A stretch of 63,829 nucleotides of DNA, counting the filler, from Vannella sp. (taxonomy: Eukaryota), in the NCBI GenBank assembly GCA_023345925.1. It is 6 parts of 6 records of this genome, joined end to end, with 100 filler letters (N's around TTAATTAATTAA, not from the genome) between each part and the next. Parts side by side here need not be neighbours in the genome. Positions count along the whole stretch, not along the records: positions 10,063 to 16,399 come from JAJQQN010001288.1; positions 16,500 to 35,495 come from JAJQQN010001307.1; 4 more parts are not named here. The stretch is one strand, 5' to 3'. Made by a program: the position numbers and the translations under genes. The notes below the pieces were generated by a model. It did not search any database. It had not been told where the DNA came from and was given only the letters and a program-made list of their open reading frames with translations. Each line of letters starts with the position of its first letter. Within the stretch, counting starts at the first letter, position 1. Below are positions 10,265 through 22,740 of the stretch, piece by piece.

Positions 10265-12820
10265 TCAGTATTTGTAAGAGTAATAATCGGCATTAAGAGA
10301 CGATTGTCCATGCCGACGATCGACGAGGGCTTTCTTCTTCATCGCACTGACAAAGAAGGATGAATCAATTCTGGCCATTTGGTAGAAAGCTTGAGCAGCT
10401 CCGTCAGAAATGTGGGCGAAGCCACTGTTCTGACGAAGGAATGGTTCAAACTCCTCCGAACGCTGAACAAACATTCCAAACTCTTCCTGTTGCTCGTCAC
10501 TTTGGGCTCCTCTTTCGAGAAGTCTTCGAACACAGTGCAGTTTGAACGAAGCATCCTCAAACTGCTTCATAGAAGCCAGCTGACCCACATGGTGGATAGC
10601 TGATTGTCCAACCACAGAGGCCACACAAACGCGCTCGGCTTTCTTCCTTGACCGGGTCAATCGGAGAGACTTTGAGATAACATACTGCTTTACAGCTCCA
10701 TTCTTATCTTCGAACTTGATTTGGCATTGGAAAGGATAACTTTCCGGCATCAGAGAATCATCTTTGTTGAACTTTTTGATCCATTCTGGACGCAACGCAA
10801 ACTCGGTTGTGAATTCAGTTGCGTGCGTTACGTTGTTGAAAGTGCGGACCAAACGGCTCAACCCACGAGAGCAATCAAGTTTGCCAAGAACCAAGTTTGG
10901 ATGGAGGAGGAGGCTGACTTCCACGTTTTTAGCCACATTTGCTTCCTGTGAGAACTTCCGAATACCTCTCACGATTTCTAGAGGATGAAGGATACTAATG
11001 TTTCCTTCTGTACGTGCTGCGCACTCAGAAAGATACTCCATTGCACAAGCACACCCCTCAATCCCTATTAAGGAGATCTTAGATTCTTTCCTGACGGCCA
11101 GGTTGCCTATTTGCTCGTAGGTTTGGGAGTTAAGGCTGCTTCCAGATCCGATTCCTCCATTTGGTTGTCCATCTGAACACAAAATGATCTCAGAAGCCAA
11201 ACCGCTCTCTCCGGCACATTGAATGGCAGCGAGAAGACCTGGACCTAAGGCAGTTCCTCCCATTGGAGTGATTCGTTGAATGACTTGGAGTAATTGAGAT
11301 TGATTCTGTTCAATCGGTGGTACGGAGGCCCATTGAACAGTCCCTTCTGCGGACTCAAGAGCATCTTCCAATGTACGCTGTTGAATGATTCTCTCTTGCC
11401 GCATTTCTCCTCGGCAGTCCCAATGTACCGTCACATTGGAGGAGAAAGTCACAATAGCTACTTTCTTGTTTGGAGCGCTGGTGACTAAACGGCGAATGTG
11501 GGTAGAAACAGCCTCCTTGATAGCTTGCATCCGAGAGATGTTCTTGTCCACGCCACCATTTGCTTCCTTCCAGAGAGAATGGAAGTTTGGTGTTGGATCA
11601 ACCGTATCCATGGATCCCGAAGTATCGATACAAAAGATAACAACTCCTTCAGACAAGTCCACAGCCGCTTTGACTCCTTTTCCAGAGGTCTGCAGCTTCT
11701 TATCCGGCTTTCGTCCGGACTTCAATGTGCGAAGAATGGAACTCTTCTTTGGATTTGGCAACTGGCTTTGTGGAATGTTGTCGTTCTTAGTGCCGCAGAA
11801 TTCACACTTCCAGGAGAAGAGTTTCGGTGGAGGACCCAACTCAGTTTGGTAGTCACGTGGTTCCGGCAGTTCAATCAAAATCGAAATTCCTGACATGATA
11901 GCGTTACAACCTTGGCACAGAGTCGCTGGTTCCTTGGCAGATCTCTTGTTTTCAAGGGATACTAACACTCCTACACCAATCGACATGCAATTGGTGTCGG
12001 CCATTGGTACTTGGATACTTGTTACCCGCTTCTCAGTTGTGGGTACTGTGGTAGTGTACGTCTCCATATGACCTTGAGCTGCAGCGGTTGACTTGGTCTT
12101 GGACTTTCGAAAGAGTCCTTTCTTTTTTGACTCCTGGCTCTCTTCAGCGCTTCTGAGACCAGAAATTGTGCATTGCTTGCGGTAGGAATCCTCGATGGTC
12201 GGGTCGTACTCATCGATGAAGTGATTTTGGATGAACTGGATGCAACTGGCGGACTTTCCAACGCCTCCTCCTCCCAAAATGACTATTTTGTACTCTTTGC
12301 CATACCGAGGGATACTCCTCACCAAGCTGAACAGAGCGTCTCTGACACTAGTATGGTCTTTAGCAGATGTTTCGGTGAAAAGGACTCCATGAGCTCTTGC
12401 CAGCTCCTGCCCTTCATGGAAAGTGACTTGGCGTTCGTGAGTCAGATCAGCTTTGTTCCCGACCACGATGATGCTGCTGAAGCTATCCTCATCCTTTACA
12501 CGGCGTATCTGGTAGATGATGGCGCGCACCTCATCGAAAGAAGATCTGCTGGTGGTGCTGTAGACAATGTAGAATCCTTGGCCAGTCCGCACGTACTGGT
12601 CCCGCATGGCGGAGTATTCCTCCTGCCCTGCAGTATCCAACAAGTCCAACAGACAAGTCTGGCCATCGTCTTGGTCAATATAGCGCTGCCTCGTCACCTT
12701 CGCCACCCCATGAACAATCTCTTCCCTCTCAAACCGCTCCTCCTCTTTCTTGACCGGTGGAATATAAACCAGCCGTGATCCAAACTCCATATCACAATGA
12801 TTATGCCCTTTCCTCTTCAT
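10265..12820 (-). CDS. cpras1: Circularly permuted Ras protein (cpRas) with Sec23/24-type zinc finger and VWA domain
   Basis: Motif order G3 (LDTAGQEEYSAMRDQY), G4 (GNKAD), G5 (ETSAK), then G1 (GGGGVGKS) and G2 (YDPTIEDSYRKQ). Followed by CQGC...WKCEFCG and VWA (IDTSGSM...GGTALGP...SDGQPN). Confidence 0.93.
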   Translation of the reverse strand: MKRKGHNHCDMEFGSRLVYIPPVKKEEERFEREEIVHGVAKVTRQRYIDQDDGQTCLLDLLDTAGQEEYSAMRDQYVRTGQGFYIVYSTTSRSSFDEVRAIIYQIRRVKDEDSFSSIIVVGNKADLTHERQVTFHEGQELARAHGVLFTETSAKDHTSVRDALFSLVRSIPRYGKEYKIVILGGGGVGKSASCIQFIQNHFIDEYDPTIEDSYRKQCTISGLRSAEESQESKKKGLFRKSKTKSTAAAQGHMETYTTTVPTTEKRVTSIQVPMADTNCMSIGVGVLVSLENKRSAKEPATLCQGCNAIMSGISILIELPEPRDYQTELGPPPKLFSWKCEFCGTKNDNIPQSQLPNPKKSSILRTLKSGRKPDKKLQTSGKGVKAAVDLSEGVVIFCIDTSGSMDTVDPTPNFHSLWKEANGGVDKNISRMQAIKEAVSTHIRRLVTSAPNKKVAIVTFSSNVTVHWDCRGEMRQERIIQQRTLEDALESAEGTVQWASVPPIEQNQSQLLQVIQRITPMGGTALGPGLLAAIQCAGESGLASEIILCSDGQPNGGIGSGSSLNSQTYEQIGNLAVRKESKISLIGIEGCACAMEYLSECAARTEGNISILHPLEIVRGIRKFSQEANVAKNVEVSLLLHPNLVLGKLDCSRGLSRLVRTFNNVTHATEFTTEFALRPEWIKKFNKDDSLMPESYPFQCQIKFEDKNGAVKQYVISKSLRLTRSRKKAERVCVASVVGQSAIHHVGQLASMKQFEDASFKLHCVRRLLERGAQSDEQQEEFGMFVQRSEEFEPFLRQNSGFAHISDGAAQAFYQMARIDSSFFVSAMKKKALVDRRHGQSSLNADYYSYKY

Positions 12821-13055
12821 CTCCGCCTCTTTAAAGGGTCTTCACCGAAATGTTCTAAAAATAGAACCGTTTGGTTTAGCTGAAATCGGTCTCTCCGAAC
12901 ATCAGTAGACATGAAAATGGATTCTCTTGCTTCTTGAAGGCTGTTGAGTGGAATGGAGAGGATGACTTTCGGGTTGCAGGATGATTGGGAGGAAAGAGGG
13001 GGTTTGGCACTTTCAGATTTCGATTTCTGAGGAATGGAGTGTTTGTTCAGATAGA

Positions 13056-16049
13056 TTAGAGTTCATAGCCGAGAAGAACGTCAGGAGTCATCTCGCCTCT
13101 GCAAATGCGAGCCAAGTCGGCCGCCATTGCCCGGAACCGCATTTTAGCATTCATCGCAGCCAACAAAGTGACAACTCTGCCTCGGTCATCATCTGTGAAT
13201 GGGACCGCTTGCCATTGGACAATGACTCCGCCAACCCAGCTCTCAATAATTGGACGCGGAAGTCTCTCTCCTAAATAAGAGAGTCAGAAACTTTCCTTTT
13301 GTCCGGTCCCCTTACGGAATAGAAACAAGACAGCGGCAATCTTGATTGTGATGCCATTAAATCGATTGGAGAGAAGCTGTATCGCGTAAGAGATTGTTCA
13401 AATGGGAGTATCACTTACATCGAGCACTTTGCAGTAGATTTGTTGGCACATTGGGAGCTGCTGAAGATCAGGAAGGCGTTCTATCACGTATTGAATCATA
13501 TCTAATCCAGTTTGAATAGCTGAGACATCCTGAGATGTGAGTACAGATAATACAAGCTGGATAACAAGCTCCAGTCTCCCAGAAAGGAATCTATCAAGGA
13601 CAGTAGGAGTAGTTCCTATCGATCCAAGAGTCTTTAGAAACTCGGCCACAACAAGAATCAGCTCAGATGCTCCTACATTATATCTAGCAGTAAACAACTA
13701 AAGCATACGAACAGAAATATCGTTTCTTACCCTTCTCGTGAATTTTTGTGATAATGCTCGAAGAAAGTGTCTCCAAGATGGATAAAAACGCTTCCGCAGT
13801 CTCATTTGTAAGATATAAACCTGCGAATTGTCAACATAACGAAAGTTGATTTGATACTACTTACGGAAAAGTGTTCCAAAAGACTGTACATAGCAAGGAA
13901 GGAAGCTTTTCTGGAATCCCCGTCCAAGAAAGTTCGCTAATTCATGGAGATGAGGAATCAGGCTCTCCTTTGCGCAGTAAAAGGCGGCTTCTAGTAAGGA
14001 ACAGACTTCAGATAGAACGTTTTCGTCCTTTTCTGCTCCCCAGCATTGGAGAAAGAGCCTTAAAAACTCTACGGAGGAGGTCTGGATGGAACTATGATGG
14101 ATGTTATCGGCACTTTCGAGAACCTTAAAAGCCCTTTTCGTAACTTTCAATTCCAATAGAAGTGTATCTGGGTCACCTTGCTCAATGAGGTCGTTCCATG
14201 GACGATGTAGAGTCTGAGCAAGTGACAGTGGAAGCAATGTACTGGGAAGACAGAGAACCAGACCAATTAGACCTTCCATCCAACGAATACGACAGCTCCC
14301 ACTGAAGTGGTCTAGTCGTGGGATCCATTGAGTTGCCAACTCTGAGGTCTCCGCCGGATTAGCAATAAACCAAGCTCGATGATAAACTGTGAGCTTGCTC
14401 AGTGCGTGAGAGCATCCAAATGCGGTAAGGTCCTCCATAGGACCCGAACTAACCAGCGAAACGGTTTGAATAGCCCTCTGAAAGAGAGCGGGGTAGTCCA
14501 TTAGCCATTTGGAGTGTGTTGAAATAAGGAGCGTCAAAGATGAGGGCGAAACTGGGCAGGAAGGGCTCAATGCAAACTGGAAGATTCTTTCAAGTGATTC
14601 AGACAATCCTCTGATCTTCTGGCCCTGAACAGAACAGACACAAAGGATTGAAACTGCATCAATCCACTGAGTGTCTTGGCTAAGAGCTTGACACGATCCA
14701 GCATAAAAAGTGTCTTCCAAGCGCTTCAGCATGCTTTGAAGAGTCCGAGTGGCTTGCTGATAGAAGCTTAGATACACCTCAACAGACTCTTCTGCAGAAT
14801 CAGGATGATCCTCCAATTGGTCAGCTTCTAAATGAGCCAAAGCTAAGAGATGTTGCCGAGTCCGGGTAGGAGCACCTGATGGAGGGCTTCCAAAGTGTCT
14901 TAGAATTGAATTGGATGCCATTATGAGCGATTGGGTCAGCGTGGAACCCTGTTCATCACTCTCAAGGAGAAAGATGGCGGCTTTCTCGAAAAACAATAAA
15001 GCTTGGCTGGCTATCTCCTTCGCAGGATTTGATAGAACCAGAGACATCAGCTGTGCAAAAGGTTCACACAGACTTGGGCTTCGTACTATGTTATGAGCGT
15101 TGTCGCAAGCAAACGCACTGATAATCCAAGTTAGGCGCTGGGCACTTTCTTGGCCTTGTTCTGTTGGAGAGGAAGCTGCTTGTTGGTAGAAAGGAGCCAG
15201 CAGTAAAATATTGGCTCCTGCTTCTTCAGAAAGTGCACCAAATGGACGTGAAACGAACTCTATCAACATCTCACAAGTCACTTGAAACAGAATAGGTGAC
15301 TGGAGGCACCCCCAGATGTGGCTGTGGACGCTATGCTGAAGAATAAGCCGAGATCCAATAAGCCATTCGTTCCAGGCTTTCAGACAAAGGAGAGCGCGCC
15401 CACGAATCTGAGGGGACTGGTCAGGATGAAGCGCCTCCTGGCAAAGTGAGAGGAAAGCGTCCTTCTGCGACCGGAGATAGGCATTGTAGTCTCCCCGATC
15501 AGACTGAGAAAGAGAAAACCGATCAATCTCCTCTGGAATGAGCTCCAGTGTGCCGAAGAGCAACGTCACCCGCTCAGGAGGGCTTCGTGCAATCCCTACA
15601 GCTGTCATCGGCTGTCCTGCTAACGTCCAAGAGATAAGGTTGGTCATAAAGTCACCAAAGGAGAGAGAGCTGGACCGAACCCAGACCACAGCAACCAACT
15701 GGAAGAGTTTGTACTGAGAACTGCGAGAAGCTGCCACTCCCTCGTTCAGAAGAAGGCTCGAAGCAAGCTCAATCCACATAGTCTCTTCTGATCTATCAGA
15801 AGGTATGATTCCTTCAGTGGTTCGTCTACGACGAAGGGCTAAGAGGATCGCGTGGACGGCGTAGAAGAGAGAAGCAGGCGAAACCGGCTCTCTCCTACTT
15901 GCTGCTTCCATCAGAAGGTGTCTACACCGCACTGCAGCCTCATCGCTCTTTTGAAACGCCATTAGCCACTCGTTCGCTGCCCTCAACTGCACGGGGGAAG
16001 CCCCACTTTCTCCATAAAGGTGGCGAAGGTGCTCCGACAACTCCTCCAT
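13056..16049 (-). CDS. Importin-beta superfamily karyopherin (transportin-3/importin-13-like), multi-exon
   Basis: N-terminal ANEWLMAFQKS, LELIPEEI and HEAT-like helical composition. Final exons spliced by hand end RFRAMAADLARICRGEMTPDVLLGYEL* (stop 13056-13058). Confidence 0.8.
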
Positions 16050-16399
16050 TCACCAAACCTCCCCCAAATGAAGTTTCTCGCCGTCCTTTGACTTGTTAAC
16101 ATGAACATATTCACATGGAGTTACCTACGATGTTTACATGGACTGATCTTGATGAGAACTGAAGGACCTAAACCTAATCATTAGGTTTTGGAGGGCTTTC
16201 GAGAAACGAGAGGTTTCACTTTCATGAATTTCTTGGGTAAAGCGCGATGGACGTGGACAGAACTTCTTTCTATCACTCTCTGCTACGCTAATGGCGGAGC
16301 TGATTCCCATGGACCCCACAGCTTCCGTTTAGAACTGACTCCGGAGACTCTGTGCGCCGAAGATCTCGGAGTTTTGCACATTGGTCTGCGGACAACTCA

Positions 16400-16499
16400 N
16401 NNNNNNNNNNNNNNNNNNNNNNNNNNNNNNNNNNNNNNNNNNNTTAATTAATTAANNNNNNNNNNNNNNNNNNNNNNNNNNNNNNNNNNNNNNNNNNNN
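16400..16499. other. Artificial contig linker
   Basis: N44-TTAATTAATTAA-N44. Confidence 0.98.
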
Positions 16500-16707
16500 G
16501 CCAACGACCTCCACCAGCGGAGGTTCCATTGCCCCCTCCGACTCTGACCCCACCGACAACGCCATGACAGGCCTTCAAAGAGAAAACCAGCAATGTCTGA
16601 GCTACATCAGTAGAACAGAGAGGCTCCTCCAAGTGGTGCGCGAGGAACAAACTCGCATCGCCGAAGAACTCGAAGATCTCATGTCCTCCAAGCCCATCAC
16701 AGCGTAA
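16500..16707 (+). CDS. 3' fragment of a gene ending in a coiled coil (truncated by contig start)
   Basis: Open frame ...AMTGLQRENQQCLSYISRTERLLQVVREEQTRIAEELEDLMSSKPITA* with a heptad pattern. Confidence 0.45.
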
Positions 16708-17097
16708 CCCTGTACCTCCGTCATCCCCGTAATATACTCCTTTTCTTGTCATCCTTGTGACGTCCATTCCGAGCCCTCCCAAAGAAGACTTTTCTCCCCT
16801 CCCAAGACCGCTTCCGGCTCCTCTTCCTTCGACTTCTGGTTTGTTCAGTGAAAGCAACTTCCAAGCCTCACCCAAGCTCCCTAAAGCCCTCCAAGGACCT
16901 CGGCGGTGTGGCGAGGGAAGCCTGTAACGAGGCGGTGAGGAAGGAAGGCAGTTGTAAGCGCTTGCTTTCACTGTTTCTCTGCTAAAGGGGGCTTCTTCCA
17001 TCTATGGTGCTGGAGGGACTTGTGGGCGTCCAATCGGTGACTGGGGAGCGTCTCCGTCAGGCCACTTTCTGGCCGCTGCTTGGGAGGGGCGAGGGCG

Positions 17098-19975
17098 ATG
17101 GTGAGATCCTTCTGTCTTGGTTGTTTGATGTGTTCTCTGTTGGATTGACTTGTTGTGGGTGTGAAGGATGATGAGGGGACTGCAAGGACGGGGTTTGAGG
17201 GGGGAAATTGCACGTGGCGGCTCCTCAGCCTTCCTCCTCTTATCTCAGAGTGCTGCGACTTTCTGGAGAAGCATGGTACGAGCCAGGCGTGGTCTCTATT
17301 GTCTTCTTCCTCACCGTCGTTCAATGCTCAGGCTTCGATGACGAGGGCATCTTTCGAGTGACGGGGAGCTTCCGCGACATTAATCTCCTCAAAGCAGAGT
17401 ACTCCAATGGTGCGTCACCCCTTCCCTTGTAGTTTGCTTCACACTCAGCCTCTTTTCCAACAGGCAACTCGGGCCTAGACCTGACAGAGGTGTCGCCCCA
17501 CTCCGTTGCGGGCGTTCTCACTCACTTCTTCAACGAGAGCGAAGAGCCTCTCTTCCCCTACGAGATTTACGAGCTTTGTATTGAATGCATGGGTGAGAGA
17601 GCCCTCCCCGTAAGCTTCTGTGCCCTAACCAGGAGCTTCTTCGCAACAAAGAGTTGGAACCGGTCGCCACGCAGCTGGAGGGGATCAAGCAGATGCTCTA
17701 TTCATTGCCAACGGGTAACTTCCTCATCATGAGACGTTTCATGCATGTCCTACGCGAGTGTGCGAAGCTAAGTGAGGTAAACAAGATGTCTTTCCAGAAC
17801 CTGGCCATTGCCTTGTCCCCCACCATGCTCCGTCCCAAAGAGGAGACCATTGAGACACTTATCACCAACGGAGAGACCACCACCAACCTCGTAGCCCTCA
17901 TCATCGAGCACTACGAGCCTCTCTTCGAGCAGGGCCCTCCCCCAAACGCCATGTCCGATACAGTGCCCGACGCCTTCAACCAGGTCATTACACAGGCCGT
18001 TAAAGATGTTGGGGCACGTCTGCCGCCCGATTGGATGCTCAAACATGGCCCTCGGTCGCTTCTTCATGAGGTCCGCCGCATCAGCAAAGAAGAACTTCCC
18101 ATTTGCAGGCTCCAGGCGCGCTGGAGAGGCATCCAACTCCGTCGTAAGTTGCGAGGCATTAAGATGGCCTACCAAACAGAGTACAATCGTGCTTGTTGGG
18201 ACTATATCCGTCGAGAGAACAACTTTGTCCATGCCATGAAGCGTGCCATTCGAGACTTTGAGACCAGCCTTGGTGACAATAAGGCTGGTAAGCGCATTCG
18301 CTCACTCAAGGCTCTGAAAGACAACGGTCCCAACAACTATCTCGCCCGCAATGCCGAAGTGGAGGTCAAGTCCATCGTGTCTGGCTTCAAAGCGGTCATT
18401 GAGACTCACCAGATGCTCTATGAAGAGTTTGTGGCGCATTGGGAGCAACACTGGCCGATGATTAAGGGCACAGGAGCGGTTATTGTGGGCAAATTGCCCC
18501 TCTTCATCGTCTATAACATGTATACGGAGATGTTCTGTCGTGTGGACAACCTTATCTTCGGTCCTGAGCCCAATCTTGAGCTCGAAAGATGGATGAAAAC
18601 CACTGCAGGAAGCTCTCAATACCAAAGAACCCTCGGAGAAGTCCTCCGTCTTCCTTTCCAACATCTCCTTGGGTGCACAGGTCCTATTCAGGCCTTCCTC
18701 AATGCCGTGCTGACCCACAAAGTTGATCTTCCTGACACCAACAACATCGTTAGAGCCTTTGCTGTGCTCTCCCGCTTGAGCATTGCGGTCAACAGTTTGG
18801 AGCGCCGATTGAGTCTCCAACACGTGACCCAACTTGAGCTCAATCTTCAAGGCTTCCCTGAGAAGCTGGCTCGTTTGGACCGTCGGCTTATCCGAAGTGG
18901 GCAAATCTCCATCAATAAGCAATGGCAACACATCTTCCTCTTTGATGATGTCTGTCTGGTTTGCCAGCAAGCGAAGGGAAACACTTATGTCTACCAAGAT
19001 ACTATTAAGATGAAGAATACGACTATTTCGGATACGTCTCGTCTTGGATTCAACCTCAAAACCACTTTAAATGAGTACGTCATGCTCAGTAAGCGCCCGG
19101 AAGAGAAAGTTGGCTTCTTTGTGGCTTTCCAGCAAGTATCTGACCGGTGGCGTTCTGACCGCTTTGGAGTTCCGCTGAAGGACTTGTTGGAGCGAGAGGA
19201 GCGACCAGAAGGTATTCCAGAGGTTGTCGAGATTCTCTCCAAGTATTTGAAGTCTAGAGAGGAGGCTTTGGGCACAGCAGACTTTTACTGCCTTGGTAGT
19301 GACTCTTACAAAGTCTCCTCTTTGCGAAATACTCTTAATTCAGCAGGGGCACTCAAGAGTGTGGATCTTGGCAAAGTTGAGATACCTGTGGTTGTAGAAG
19401 CATTGAAAATGTTCCTAATTGAACTTCCCGACCCCCTCCTTGACCGTGGAAAGTGCACAAACCTCTTCACAAGTAGAGCAGAGACCGAGGTGAACCTTCT
19501 CCGGTTAAGAGAAATCATCCAGGAGCTTCCTCCCGCCAGTCTCCGTCTCCTACGCTACATCAGTGAACTGCTCGCAGAGACAATGCTTCATCCCGCCATC
19601 TTAGCCCAAACATGGGGACACACTCTCTACCGAAGCTTGAACCAATCCGTGAGCGAAGCACTTCAATTGACTGGGGTTACGACACTCATTCGCATTCTCC
19701 TTATTCACTTTGATGCCCTCTGTGCTAAGGAATTCGACGAAGAGTACTTCACTGAGGAACAACCTGAAGACTCTCCTGAATCAGACCAGACTCCAGTGGC
19801 CGGGTCCCCCGCCGTGTTAGGATTGGAAGCGAAAGATCAGAACTCTGATTCTTTCACCCTTTCTCGTACTGAAACTGAATTCGATCCTCCTCGCCTGCCC
19901 AAGCAGAGGACAATGTCCAAAGTTTCACCACGAGCCTTAGCAGCGCTCGCGGGCATCTTACCATCTTCCGGATGA
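17098..19975 (+). CDS. RhoGAP-IQ-RhoGEF(DH)-PH-RhoGAP-like multidomain protein
   Basis: Spliced N-terminal RhoGAP (GFDDEGIFRVTGS; NKMSFQNLAIALSPTML), IQ motif (LQARWRGIQLRR), DH-like region (LRLPFQHL), PH (RRLIRSG...HIFLFDDVCLVC) and second GAP fold (FGVPLKDLL...IPEVV...LKMFLIELPDPLL). Confidence 0.88.
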
Positions 19976-20742
19976 GTGGAGGAGAAGCTCAAGAAGAGTC
20001 ATCATTTGCAATCATAAGTGTTCTCACCTCATAAACTAGTACGATATTCAAAATTATCAATGCAATTCATTGCGACCGGCTTTTTGCGACTTTAAACCGA
20101 AAAACTGGTTCTCCCAAACAACTTTTTTGACAAAATTGCCTGAACGCATCAAAGTCATTTGGTTTCGCGAATGCGAGCCGGGATGAGTGGCCCGCACATC
20201 TCGTTCAACTTGCTTCGAGACAAAAACAACCAATTTCTCTCGCCATCTGGAGCTTCTTCTTCAGATTTTTGACGGAGACGGAAAGAGGCCCAAACGAATG
20301 GAGCTAAAGTGCGTCCCTGTTGCCAGAGGCTAGAAACAAGGGAAGAGCAAGCATCGTCCTTGTTTGAAATCTCAGCTTGTGGATACTTCGGAACCGCTGA
20401 CCTTATCTGATGCACTGAGAGCACGGGCTGCAAACTGTTTCCACGATATAGTCGACAGATTAAATCTCCGCCAGGAGCTTGCGCTTTGGGAACCATCAAA
20501 TTTCCTAGCGGGAGACTGAAGAGGATCGCTGTAGCGAACGAGCACCGCTGACCGTGCCCATCGATTATCCCATTAGAACCCTCTTTTGAGTACCCTCAAA
20601 TCATCGTCCGAGAGCCTCCATGCGGCTGGGGAGACAGTGTCGGCTCGGTGCATCAGGTCGCCCTGCTAATCCAGAACAAAAACAAATTCATTCTTGAACA
20701 CACTTGGGTTGTGCCCTGATGTATCTGACATAGGAAGAGACC

Positions 20743-22641
20743 TCACGGTTTCTTCCCAAGAAATGGGTGTTTTTCGAGGACATCAATACTTGGGCGAGTC
20801 TCTTGATTGGGGGTTAAGCAAAGAGAAATAAACTCCTTATTCGCCACCACGTGAGAAACTGTTCTCTTTGGAGGAAGAAAAGGTTGCTTACCTTGGCAAG
20901 GTCGCTGACTTTGATTTTGGGGGGAAACACCACCGTACTATGGAGGTTAATCATTTGCTGCTGAATAATCTGCGCAGCGTGAATGCCATGGGCGAAAGGC
21001 TTCTTGTTAAAGAGTATTTGATAACACAACACTCCAATGGACCAAATATCTACTTTGGTAGACACCCTTGGAGAGTTCCCAAAGCATTCAGGGGGCAAGT
21101 ACCAATAGGTCCCAGCTCCTTGAGAGGTCAAGTCCATTCCGTCTGCAGAGTTTCCGGTTGTCATTATTTTCGAAAGGCCAAAGTCGGTAATCTTCACCCC
21201 TCCATCGTGGAAGAGGATGTTTCCTGGTTTCAGGTCGTAGTGAATGACAGGCTTGGGCAGGGAATGCAAGTGAGAAATAGCAATAACTACTTGATTCATG
21301 ATGTGTCGCGCTTCAGTTTCCGGTAGTCCAGACTGCCGACGGAGTCTCTCATCCAAATCACCGTCATTGCAGTACTCCAAGATTGTACAGAAATCAGTCT
21401 CCCCCTCAATTGCGAAGACATCCAATAGAGACACAATTAATGGGTGGCAGACATCCGTCTGAATGCGACATTCCCGAGTGGCATGATAGACATAAGACTG
21501 TCTCCTGGCAGGAGCCCAAGAGCTGTCCGGCTGGTGGATCTTACAGGCCACGCGAATAAGTTTCTGTAAGTCAAAGGCCTCGAAAACATGGCTAAAGCCA
21601 CCTTTGCCTAGCAGATTAAGAAGAAGATACCGATTATTCAGGATCCTGTGATCGTTAAATGGAGACTGGCGATGCTCCTCCACAAGCTTCACCTGATAAT
21701 GATGAAGCTCCCGTTCAGCATTTAGCCTCTGTCGAAGCAAAGTGAGCTGCCTTTCCTCCTTCCGAAGATTGTCCAAGTTAATACGGTTCGCTTCAATCCG
21801 TAAAAAAAGAGAGCTGAGCTGGCTATCATTGTCCCAGTCCACTGCAGCGACCAACTTCTTGCGTTTGGCCTTGTCAGAGGCAAAGGCAGCCTTTTGTTCC
21901 TCGAAAAGCTGCTTTTTTTGCTCCAATGTGGCTTGGCGGGCGTTGATCTCAATGAAAGCTTTGCCTTCGATGATACCGCCACCCATTCGAGTGTCTCCAA
22001 AGCGGATGCGGTCTTGGAGGACCTTTTGCTCCATTTCTTTCATCCTAAAGTGGGCTAGTTCGATTAACATCTCCTGGAGGGCTCCAGTATCGGTCTCTGT
22101 AGGTTCATTGGAGGGGTTGATGATAGCCCTTGAAGGTAAAGGGGGCTTCTTGAAGCCAGAGAAGTCGATGGAGCCCAAAGTATCAGCCGATTCCACCGAA
22201 GATCCAACCGACACAAGTGATGGCATCTCAGAAGCTGTGGGCGTATTCAAGCTCAAGCGAGGGATCTTATAAGGTGGAGACATGGGCTCCTCTGGTCTTT
22301 CGCCCGGGAGACTGGTCGAAGTCCCACTGAGGAGCAAAGGAAGAGGTTCTATCACCTTCACAGAGCCTACTTCTGAGGTAGACTGTAGCTTCTTTAACCT
22401 AGCGTACCGTCTCTGCAAGGAGGTAATAGAACGGCTGAGCTTCGTGTCCTCCAAAACGGCTTTCCAAGCGGTTCCCAGTCTCCCAACAGCCTAAGTCCGC
22501 ACGATTACTACCAATAGAAGAGGATACCTCCCCCTTCATTGCCCTCACCTCTAAAAGGATCTGGTCCTCCTCTTCCGTGAACTTCCCTTGCTGAGGAGAC
22601 TTCAAGTCCCCTCCCTCCATCAGACAATGGAGCCAGTCCAT
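20743..22641 (-). CDS. TLK: Tousled-like kinase with N-terminal Myb/SANT domain (3 exons)
   Basis: TLK signatures: LNNRYLLLNLLGKGGFS, VACKIHQ, HATREC, IHYDLKPGNIL, KITDFGLSK, MDLTSQGAGTYWYLPPECF, coiled coil. Introns 22548-22491 and 20891-20836. Ends HPFLGKKP*. Confidence 0.93.
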
Positions 22642-22740
22642 TTTTGACTCTCATTTTACAAGCTTATGAATAAAAACAAAGGTTTGGTGCGGATTTGGAG
22701 TGAATTTGAACCAGTTCTTGACCGCGCGAAAGGAGCCACC

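Noticed and set aside
16720..17001. Possible small basic minus-strand gene needing a GC-AG intron
   Set aside because: The model is self-consistent but has no homology support; too speculative to call.
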